Program-made: the position numbers and the translations under genes
Part shown: one piece after another, positions 7,438 to 15,008 of the stretch
How the letters are laid out: each line of letters opens with the position of its first letter
Numbering within the stretch: the first letter of the stretch is position 1
The notes under the pieces: model-generated
Seen by the model: only the letters and a program-made list of their open reading frames with translations
What the model was told of the DNA's origin: nothing
Databases searched by the model: none
DNA from: Candidatus Thorarchaeota archaeon
GTDB taxonomy: Archaea > Asgardarchaeota > Thorarchaeia > Thorarchaeales > Thorarchaeaceae
Reading direction: 5' to 3'
Assembly (NCBI GenBank): GCA_016840855.1
Contig: JAEORO010000055.1
Location: 1 to 15,992, forward strand
DNA length: 15,992 nt

Positions 7438-9813
7438 TCAATTCACAGATTTCCGAAATCTCCCAATAATTTCATCTTGAACTTCTTTTCCCAAGTCCAC
7501 GTAATATGCACTGTAGCCCGCTACTCTTACAAGTATATTCCTGTATGAGTGGGGATTTGCTTGTGCTTTAAGAAGAACTTCTGGGTCAATCATGTTGAAT
7601 TGAATGTGCATTCCACCAAGTTCTACGTAGGAGGTCAGAATGGAAACAAGAGATTCCAACCCACTTTCCCCCTCTACAAAACTAGGATCCAGCGCGAGCG
7701 TGAAGGCAACTCCATTGGGATAGAGTGTATAATCAATACTTGTGACTGAATTAAGAACTGCAGTCAGACCCTTTGAAGGTGCTGATATTGCAGGTGAAAC
7801 ACCATTACTTAGAGGAGTTGATGGCAGTCGCCCACTAGGCAAAGCACCTGTGAACAGACCAAATGCTATGTGCGTGGTCACAGAGTACATGCCAGAGATG
7901 AATGATCCACCTCTGATGTTCCTATGTTTTTCTACCTCTTCACTATATATGCGCGCCACGAGCTGAGCATAGTCGTCCACAAATTTCTCATCATTACCAT
8001 ACTTAGGCGCCTTATTTTGCATCAATTGCCTGAGTGGTTCATGATTTTCGAAACCATCTCTCAGAGCAGTTATGAGCTCATTCATACTTACTTTCTTTTC
8101 CCTGAAGACAATCTGGTCTATTGCTGCGAGAGAGTCAGCAACATCAGCTAAACCAACTCCCTGAACCCCGGTGAAGTTATACCTTGCAGAACCAGTTGTG
8201 ATGTCTCGACCGTTTTCAAAACAGTCTTCTACGCAAAGTGAGAGTAGAGGGGTTGGTATCATCTCCATATTCAATTGTTCAAAAGAGTTTGAGCCCTCTG
8301 TCATGAGTCCCACCAAATACGAAACCTGTTTTCGAAATGCTTGAATAACTTCATCCATTGAGTGCCACCTTGTAGGGTCACCTGTCTTGAGACCAAGTTC
8401 TGCTCCCAGTAGTAGAGTTTCACCGTTATTCAACGCAAGCTCTAAGCACATTGCGAGATTGAAGAGGGCGGCATCTGATGAGGTGAAACTGCAACCAAAT
8501 GGAGCTAACTCCACGCACCCAACAGTAGCGTAGTTTCTTGCCTCATCCTTTGGTACTCCTTGTCTTTCCCATGATTTGACAATTGTTTCATCGCTGAAGA
8601 TTGCAATATTATTAGCCCCTGAGGCAATAACTGCCGCAATCTCTTTCATGAGATGTGACGGACTTTTTTGATGAATCCTGACATGGACATTGGGTAGGGG
8701 AAGTCCAACATTCTTTGTTGCTTCTAGGATCAAGTAGGTCATGTCGTTTGTTGCATCAAATCCTTCTTTATCGACTCCTCCAATTGTTACTGCTTGGGTT
8801 GTCAATAATCCCTCAAAATACATCCCAGTAAAGTTATCAAATGCTGGGACGTGCTCATTTGTCTTAAACCAGAGCATTTCAACAAGCTCAAGTGCTTCTT
8901 CCCTCGTCAGGTTTCCAGATTCAATATCATTTTTATAGAATGGTTGAAGATACTGGTCAATCCTTCCCATAGAGATTGCTTGACCATCATAAGTTTCGAT
9001 GGTGAGAGCAAGATGAGTGAATCTAATGAACTGAATGGCTTCATGAAGGTTTCTTGGTGGTTTCGCGGGAACCCATTGACATATCGCAGCAATTCTTTCT
9101 AGCTCTTCCTTTCTCTTGATATCACTCTCCTCCTTAGCCAACTTCGCTGCTCGCTCAGAATATCGATTTGCAAATTGGATTATTGCATTGGCCACGATTC
9201 TTGCGGCCTTGTAGAAGTTTATTTTGTCGAAAAACTCCGTATCTTTTACTTCACCGTACTCTCCAATTCGTTTCTCTGCCAATTTACTAAATTCTTCAAA
9301 GCCCATCGAAAGAAGCATCGGGTAATTTATACTCAGATGGCCAAACCCAGCGACCTCTGTGAGAATAAAAACTGAGCCAGCGTACAAAGTTTCTAATATC
9401 TTCTCAGGAGTCTTCTTATCCGCCTGTGCTATCAAGGACATATCAGTCCAATATGAAGCAATTTCATCTTGTACAGCTCTGATGTCTTCTTGTGTGACTT
9501 CTATCACTCTGCAATCTCTTGCGCTTAGCTCTTCAAGCTCTGGAACTATTCTTGAACCATGAGCTTCTGGATACACCATTGCACCCCGAATCTTATCCGA
9601 AACACTACCCACAACCAGCTCATCGGAGAATATCTTCACAGGGATGCCTTTCAGTATGTTTGCAAGAGACTTTGCTTGCCTGATTATTTGAGGCTCTCCC
9701 TCAGTTGATCTCATTGAATCAGTATGCAACCTGGTCCTTTCAATACTCAAATGTGTCTTAGATTCAAGAATACGATCCCGCATTATTTGACTTCTAGAGG
9801 TCACGTCTCTCAC
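7438..9813 (-). CDS. Glycyl radical enzyme, PFL2/PflD (dehydratase/eliminase-like) class
   Basis: 791 aa. Gly-radical motif RVAGYS, single-Cys loop GCVEL, SMGRIDQYL.PFY..D, APKYGND, GALPSGR and HIQFN. Confidence 0.93.
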   Translation of the reverse strand: MRDVTSRSQIMRDRILESKTHLSIERTRLHTDSMRSTEGEPQIIRQAKSLANILKGIPVKIFSDELVVGSVSDKIRGAMVYPEAHGSRIVPELEELSARDCRVIEVTQEDIRAVQDEIASYWTDMSLIAQADKKTPEKILETLYAGSVFILTEVAGFGHLSINYPMLLSMGFEEFSKLAEKRIGEYGEVKDTEFFDKINFYKAARIVANAIIQFANRYSERAAKLAKEESDIKRKEELERIAAICQWVPAKPPRNLHEAIQFIRFTHLALTIETYDGQAISMGRIDQYLQPFYKNDIESGNLTREEALELVEMLWFKTNEHVPAFDNFTGMYFEGLLTTQAVTIGGVDKEGFDATNDMTYLILEATKNVGLPLPNVHVRIHQKSPSHLMKEIAAVIASGANNIAIFSDETIVKSWERQGVPKDEARNYATVGCVELAPFGCSFTSSDAALFNLAMCLELALNNGETLLLGAELGLKTGDPTRWHSMDEVIQAFRKQVSYLVGLMTEGSNSFEQLNMEMIPTPLLSLCVEDCFENGRDITTGSARYNFTGVQGVGLADVADSLAAIDQIVFREKKVSMNELITALRDGFENHEPLRQLMQNKAPKYGNDEKFVDDYAQLVARIYSEEVEKHRNIRGGSFISGMYSVTTHIAFGLFTGALPSGRLPSTPLSNGVSPAISAPSKGLTAVLNSVTSIDYTLYPNGVAFTLALDPSFVEGESGLESLVSILTSYVELGGMHIQFNMIDPEVLLKAQANPHSYRNILVRVAGYSAYYVDLGKEVQDEIIGRFRKSVN

Positions 9814-10197
9814 TCCTAATCTCGTTCAACACTCATCCATATATCTCATGCCAATCTGTCTGCTATTTCATTTAAGGAACTCGGACTCATAATGGAATCC
9901 ATAGATGGGTACGAAGTAGAGAGCAGAAATATGAAGAAATGCTGGCTCATCTATCAGATTAACTGTTTCTTATTGAACATCCTCTCATTTGTCTTTGATT
10001 TATTCTCTTTAATTAAGCGTATCATAGAGTCTGTTTTCATTTTTTCTCGAAATGTCTTTCATGAGTTTCTTCATATCATCAATTACCTCATTGAACTCTC
10101 TAATCTTTCAATTATTGAATACATAACACTCCCTCGAACGGTCATAAGTAAGTGTGATATTGATGAAACTGTCACCTGGAATATAACAAGTGAAGGA

Positions 10198-10785
10198 TCA
10201 AACTAACCGTGGAATATCACCTTTCGCAAGAACACCATAGTGTTGAATGAAGTCATTTTTTGTGAAGTCCATGATGGCAATATCATCTCGTTGTCCGTTG
10301 ATATATGCCCCTTCTCTAATGAATCCCACCATTTGAAATCCAATCTTCTCATAGAAATTAATTGCATGTTGATTGAATTTGTAGACAAAGAGATAGATAT
10401 TGTGCAATCCTAGAATATTGAAGGTGAAATCGAGTAGAACCAATATCGCATCTTTTCCATAACCCTTTCGTCTATTGTTTTTGTCAAAGATTGCTAGGTT
10501 ATCAATCATACCTGTGCCGCTGATCCAGTTGATGTTAGAAACATCAATGAATCCCACAATTCTCCCTGTTTCTTTTTCTTCAATACCGAATGTGAAGATA
10601 TATCGACCTGCAAATCCTTCATTTCTGGATGAAATGAATTCTTGAACCTCCTTGTATGTCTTTGGGAAAGGATTTGGGAAATATTGTCTAAGTTCGAAGT
10701 TATTCCACTGTTCAAAGATAACATCTGCATCTTCAATCTCTAAGCGCCTTAGTCGTATTAATTCTCCTTGGTACATGGATATCAT
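10198..10785 (-). CDS. GNAT N-acetyltransferase, RimJ/RimL family
   Basis: GE.IRLR.LE..D, R.KGYGKDA...LLDF.F..LGLH.I.L.V...N..AI.FYEKIGF...G..RE. Confidence 0.92.
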   Translation of the reverse strand: MISMYQGELIRLRRLEIEDADVIFEQWNNFELRQYFPNPFPKTYKEVQEFISSRNEGFAGRYIFTFGIEEKETGRIVGFIDVSNINWISGTGMIDNLAIFDKNNRRKGYGKDAILVLLDFTFNILGLHNIYLFVYKFNQHAINFYEKIGFQMVGFIREGAYINGQRDDIAIMDFTKNDFIQHYGVLAKGDIPRLV

Positions 10786-10926
10786 GTATTTTGATTCCTC
10801 CCTAATTTTAACTATTTAGAACTACGCGAGTGGATATTGGCGATAGATCTCACTTTATCAAGAATATATGTTCGAAAACTCAAATCTAGAGTCTTCTATC
10901 ATACATCTCAAACACATAATGGGTAT

Positions 10927-10992
10927 AGGCTGACGGGGCAGGTATTCGGGGAACTTACTCCTTCCTCACCTGTTGAGTCACCCTTTCATTTT
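10927..10992 (+). repeat. Dispersed structured repeat, copy 6
   Basis: aggctgacggggcaggtattcggggaacttactccttcctcacctgttgagtcaccctttcatttt. Confidence 0.85.
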
Positions 10993-11008
10993 GATCTCAC
11001 AATATTCT

Positions 11009-11815
11009 CTACTTAGTGGCTTTTACAATAAAGAACCTCTGAGGTAGATTTGGTTTGGATTTGATTCTAATCTTGTATCGTTTAAAATAACCCTCAATTG
11101 GTACGACACCTGAAACAACGTCTAATGTAAATCCATAGGTTTCCAAAATTGTCGCAAACTCTTCTCCTGTGAAGGGGGTATGCGTTTCCTGCATCTCTTC
11201 CTGTTCGAGGGGTGTATCAAATGCCCATAATTTGGTGATGAACTCATAGAGATCGCGCATGGAAATCCTGACTCGCTCATCATCAAGAACTACGAAGCTG
11301 AACGGACGGTATTCAAACGAATTCTGAAAACGTTCAAGCTGTAGAAGCATCTTGTCATTGAAACTGACATCTACCAATTCATCACCAGGATTTTGATGGT
11401 CCATTATAACGAATGCGCCACCTTCACGAAGAAGTGTGCCAATCTCCTCTATTGTGCTCAACAGAACGTCCCTACCGGAAAAACACAACACCTCACTAAG
11501 AGATTGTACAGCCACTACTGCATCGAAAGAACCTGATTTGAAAGGAAATTTAGGTATTAGCGCTTGAATGCGAGAAACAAGCTGCTCAATTAGATCCTTC
11601 AACTGATGAGTTAACATATACTTGGAGAGATCGAGTTCAACTACTTGGGTTGAAGACATCCGTTGATTGATCAATGTTGTAAGAGCACCAACCCCACAGC
11701 CAGCATCAAGAACCAATGATGCATCTCGCGGAATTAGTGCTGCTATCTCATGAAGATAACCTTGGCGAGATCTATGGCTCATTACCCGAGCCATCTCCTT
11801 TTCTGAAGATGTCAT
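11009..11815 (-). CDS. Class I SAM-dependent methyltransferase
   Basis: Motif I VLDAGCGVG, LDLS..ML, PF..GSFDAVV, LREGG.FVI.D. Confidence 0.88.
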   Translation of the reverse strand: MTSSEKEMARVMSHRSRQGYLHEIAALIPRDASLVLDAGCGVGALTTLINQRMSSTQVVELDLSKYMLTHQLKDLIEQLVSRIQALIPKFPFKSGSFDAVVAVQSLSEVLCFSGRDVLLSTIEEIGTLLREGGAFVIMDHQNPGDELVDVSFNDKMLLQLERFQNSFEYRPFSFVVLDDERVRISMRDLYEFITKLWAFDTPLEQEEMQETHTPFTGEEFATILETYGFTLDVVSGVVPIEGYFKRYKIRIKSKPNLPQRFFIVKATK

Positions 11816-11893
11816 TCTAAAAACTGTGTTATTGGTTGTTTGATATGAATATATGTAAGCAAGTAAGAATCAAATTGAATATCTATAGAGAAT

Positions 11894-11969
11894 AAGTTGA
11901 AGCTGACGGGGTCAGATGAACAAAGAACTTCTCCGTTCCTCGAACTGTTAAACGATTTCTCCATCTTTT
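11894..11969 (+). repeat. Dispersed structured repeat, copy 7 (diverged)
   Basis: aagttgaagctgacggggtcagatgaacaaagaacttctccgttcctcgaactgttaaacgatttctccatctttt. The 5' half aligns ungapped with copies 3 and 4. Confidence 0.8.
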
Positions 11970-12102
11970 ATTAAAAGAACTCTTTGTTAAGATAAGCTCT
12001 GAGAAATTCTCTATGGACCAAGAATTGTTTGTAGCGTCATAGTAGTTTCTCGCTGGTGTGGTTTCACACCCTCTCGACTGAGAAGTGTTACGCTTCCTCA
12101 GA

Positions 12103-12201
12103 TCAATGGTTTTCATATCCTGTCGGTATCTTTTCGAGAATCGGACGGGGTTCTTCGCTTGAATTGGCAATGTAAGAATCAACGTCTTTTGGCTTTGATA
12201 T
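12103..12201 (-). pseudogene. Truncated DUF1801/YdhG-like gene remnant with non-ATG (ATA) first codon
   Basis: AGGAG RBS (12211-12215), then ATA-SKPKDVDSYIANSSEEPRPILEKI, typical of the DUF1801 N-terminus (..VD.YIA......R..LE.(L/I)R). Similarity is then lost and a stop follows at 12103. Confidence 0.65.
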
Positions 12202-12220
12202 TTTATTTTTCTCCTATTGA

Positions 12221-12808
12221 TTAATCATTTAATCCCTTTCCATTGAGAATTTGCTGCATGCATTTTTCAACCCTTGACTCCCGAGTTTTGGATTGTTTGG
12301 GTGCAGAAAAATAAAGAATGTATGCTCTTTGCCGCCCCGGGGTCAAGGCATCAAAAGCAGTCTTCAAGGCTGGGTTTTCATCTAATTTAGTCTGAAATTC
12401 TTCAGGAATTGTGTATTCTGTAGTCTTTTTGAAATCCACTTTCAAGCCGGCTTTTTCCACTTCAATGGCTTCATGAATATAGGCTTTCAAGACGGGTTCC
12501 ATCTCAATTATTTCTCGAGCACTTGTAAACCGAATCTGGCGCCCAGCCTGTGTATTCTCCGTTTGTCTGATTAGAATGCCCTTGGTGTCTTTTAATAAGA
12601 CACCTTTGACGAACAGAATCGCACAGTATTCTTTGAATCCGTGTATCAAAACCACGTTACTTTTCTGATACGTATAACAAGGAACACCCCACTTCAATTC
12701 CTCGGTCAGCCCACATTCGAGAATGATCATTCTCAATTTCTTAAATTCTTCCTGCCATTTTTTGGCTTTGCTTAGAAATGCATCAACCTTAGGATTCATT
12801 ATATTCAT
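12221..12808 (-). CDS. ydeI: YdeI family protein (DUF1801 plus YdeI/OmpD-associated domain)
   Basis: MNPKVD.FL..AKKWQEE..KLR.I.L.C.LTEELKWG.PCY, QTEN.QA.RQIRF, AF.ALTPGRQRAY..YFS.PKQSKTR.SRVEK....IL.GKGLND closely follow bacterial YdeI. Confidence 0.92.
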   Translation of the reverse strand: MNIMNPKVDAFLSKAKKWQEEFKKLRMIILECGLTEELKWGVPCYTYQKSNVVLIHGFKEYCAILFVKGVLLKDTKGILIRQTENTQAGRQIRFTSAREIIEMEPVLKAYIHEAIEVEKAGLKVDFKKTTEYTIPEEFQTKLDENPALKTAFDALTPGRQRAYILYFSAPKQSKTRESRVEKCMQQILNGKGLND

Positions 12809-12930
12809 TTATTGTTCCTCTGAAATAGAGTGAGCTTATATCTGCCTACAGTTTCTTTTCTTCTTTAACAAAGTATCCGTAGCGGAAGCTGCGAATGGAA
12901 TACCTCCTATGCTTTATCAGTTCTTAAACT

Positions 12931-13009
12931 GGTAAGAAATATGGGCTGATAGGGTGGGGTAAACAGGGGACTTGTCCTAGCCTATATTGTTGAGCACCCT
13001 TTTCATTTT
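12931..13009 (+). repeat. Dispersed structured repeat, copy 8
   Basis: ggtaagaaatatgggctgatagggtggggtaaacaggggacttgtcctagcctatattgttgagcacccttttcatttt. Confidence 0.88.
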
Positions 13010-13255
13010 ATATATCGTAATTCTATAACATGTGCGTCCATTTTTAATCCATGAATATTCTTTTGATTCTTAATGATCCTGTATTCGGTATAACAAACCA
13101 AGTTTAGCAATATCACTGAAAATGAGAATCCTGATGCAATAGTGGATATTTTCATAATAAGTGATACAGTTTTCTGTGTTGTTTAGAATAGTGAGTTGTA
13201 GAGTAAACGTTTCCTACACAAACGATTTTATAAGCTCAAGATATTAACTATAGTT

Positions 13256-13843
13256 ATGTCAAAGTCGTCATTTACTGCAGTCAAAAAAGAGTTGTCTCCA
13301 GAACAACGTGAAGAACTACTCAGAGCACTGAAAATCCGTTTTGAGGAAAGCATGAACCGACATAAAGGTCTTGAATGGGCTAAAGTGCAAGCAAGGCTGG
13401 AAGCCAATACTGAAAAATTGTGGTCGCTTGATGAAATGGAAAGATCTGGCGGTGAACCTGATGTTGTCGATCATGACAAAAAGACGGGCGAATACATTTT
13501 TTATGATTGTTCAGCGCAAAGTCCCAAAGGCCGCAGAAATGTTTGTTACGACCTTATAGGACAGGAAGAGAGGGAAAAGAAAGGGATTCATCCAAGAGGC
13601 AACGCTATTGATATGGCAGCTGCCATGGGTATTGATCTTTTAACAGAAGAACAATATCGAGCGCTACAGAAGCTTGGAGAATTCGATACGACGACATCTA
13701 GTTGGGTGAAAACACCTTCTGATATTAGAAAACTTGGTGGCGCCATCTTTATGGATCGCCGCTATGACACTGTCTTCGTGTATCATAACAGTGCGCCTTC
13801 TTTCTATAGTGCTAGAGCCTTCCGTGGCTCGCTAAGGGTCTAA
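13256..13843 (+). CDS. DUF4256 family protein
   Basis: LK.RFE..M.RH.GLEW.KV...L, L.EME..GGEPDVV, F.DCSA.SPKGRR..CYD, LQKLGEFD..TSSW.KTP..IR.LGGAIF.DRRY..VFVYHN.A.S(F/Y)Y..R.FRG.LRV. Confidence 0.88.
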   Translation: MSKSSFTAVKKELSPEQREELLRALKIRFEESMNRHKGLEWAKVQARLEANTEKLWSLDEMERSGGEPDVVDHDKKTGEYIFYDCSAQSPKGRRNVCYDLIGQEEREKKGIHPRGNAIDMAAAMGIDLLTEEQYRALQKLGEFDTTTSSWVKTPSDIRKLGGAIFMDRRYDTVFVYHNSAPSFYSARAFRGSLRV

Positions 13844-13921
13844 ACTATAATGCAGCTGGTTTGATAACAATTGAAGAGTGAAAGAATTCCATATAGAGAT
13901 ATGACGGGGTGGGAATAATCA

Positions 13922-14076
13922 ATGAAAGTCAAATATTTTGATTGTGATGAGGTGATTGAATCAGGAAGCCTAGAAACACTTGCGGATGTTTTTGTGGCAC
14001 ATGCACAATACGCGGATTCCAACCAGTTGTTGTTCGAGAACGTGATGCCGTGATGCGTCTGCAAGTACTCCATTGA
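13922..14076 (+). pseudogene. Probable internally deleted GNAT-type gene (N- and C-terminal stubs joined out of frame)
   Basis: GGGGTG RBS, then MKVKYFDCDEVIESGSLETLADVFVAHAQ from 13922. A second frame from 14011 gives RGFQPVVVRERDAVMRLQVLH*, resembling a GNAT C-terminus (GF..V......VMR). The family assignment is from recall and unverified. Confidence 0.45.
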
Positions 14077-14248
14077 ACAGACCAAGAAACAGCAGAGTGT
14101 ATTCTATTCAATAGTGGTGTTTGTTTCATCCTATGAGCTCAAGAATTTCATCCAGAATCTTGTGCCTTTACTTCTCCTTTATGTTCGGGAATGACCAGTC
14201 TGCATGTGGTTAATAATAACAGCTCAAGGAAATCTTTGTCATATTAAA

Positions 14249-14293
14249 AACCGGATCTTTTCATGCAACTCATTGTCGAGTGCTTTTTCTTTT
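14249..14293 (+). repeat. Degenerate 3' half of the dispersed repeat (copy 9)
   Basis: aaccggatcttttcatgcaactcattgtcgagtgctttttctttt aligns to copy 2 aacgggacctttccctagccgctcactgttgagcacccttcctctttt. Confidence 0.5.
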
Positions 14294-14366
14294 GATACTC
14301 TTTTTTTTAAAAGATGAATTTATTAGCCGGCAATTGCCTAGCTTGTTAATGTGAGGTGTCGCGTGC

Positions 14367-15008
14367 ATGGATGTTCAAAAGAATCTAAAGCAGGCGATTG
14401 TTGAGGGAGATCCAGACTTAGCTGAGCAGCTAGCAAAGGAAATTCTAGACTCAGGAGCTGACATCCTGAAGGCAATCGACAATGCTGTTGTTCCTGGTAT
14501 TAACCAGGCTGGAGAATTATGGAAACAGAATGAGTACTTCCTTTCCGATGTAGTGATGTGTGCAGAGGCTTTCAAATCTGCTATGAGTGTCTTGGAGAAA
14601 GACCCTCAAATCCAAAATCGCGAAAAGATTGGAAAGTTCTTGATATGTACTGTCGAGGGAGACATGCATGACCTTGGTAAATCGATTGTTGTGACAATGC
14701 TAAAGGGTGCTGGTTTTGAGGTCTATGACCTTGGTGTAAATGTGCCAATCTCCACGTTCGTTGAGAAGGCAAAGGAGGTGAACCCTGACATAGTGGGGAT
14801 AGGAGCCTATATGAGCACAACTGCTGCGATTATGAAAGACTATGTCCAAGCTTTGGTAGATAATGGTTTGAGGACTGGATTGAAGGTGATGATTGGTGGG
14901 GTCCGCACAAGCGAGGAGTACGCGAAAAAGCAAGGTGCAGATGCTTGGGGTAGAGATGGAGTAGACACTGCTGAGAAAGCGCTAAAGCTAATGGGGGTGA
15001 AGAAATGA
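14367..15008 (+). CDS. Cobalamin-binding corrinoid protein (MtaC/MttC/MtbC-like)
   Basis: B12-binding motif EGDMHDLGK.IV..ML...GF.V.DLG, cap domain PG....GE.W...EYFL.D, KVMIGG and GAD. GAGGTG RBS. Confidence 0.95.
   Translation: MDVQKNLKQAIVEGDPDLAEQLAKEILDSGADILKAIDNAVVPGINQAGELWKQNEYFLSDVVMCAEAFKSAMSVLEKDPQIQNREKIGKFLICTVEGDMHDLGKSIVVTMLKGAGFEVYDLGVNVPISTFVEKAKEVNPDIVGIGAYMSTTAAIMKDYVQALVDNGLRTGLKVMIGGVRTSEEYAKKQGADAWGRDGVDTAEKALKLMGVKK

Noticed and set aside
7549-9562. Short ORFs inside the GRE gene, and similar ORFs within other genes (1737, 2174, 2237, 2914, 3688, 4721, 10203, 10506, 13371, 14375-15346)
   Set aside because: Antisense or alternate-frame shadows of well-supported CDSs.
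7438-9813. Pyruvate formate-lyase (pflB)
   Set aside because: Lacks the adjacent Cys-Cys active-site pair; it has GCVE instead.
9892-10206. 104 aa ORF on the + strand
   Set aside because: The Ile/Phe/Leu-rich composition is what the antisense of A-rich decayed coding DNA would give. No RBS or recognisable motif.
11883-12182. 99 aa ORF on the - strand
   Set aside because: It crosses repeat copy 7 and is out of frame with the recognisable DUF1801 stub.
1449-13009. CRISPR array
   Set aside because: The repeats are 60-105 bp, divergent and separated by 1-3.5 kb of genes. No cas genes are present.
13902-13913. tgacggggtggg as the 5' half of another repeat copy
   Set aside because: Only 12 bp, and equally explained as the GGGGTG ribosome-binding site of the stub at 13922.
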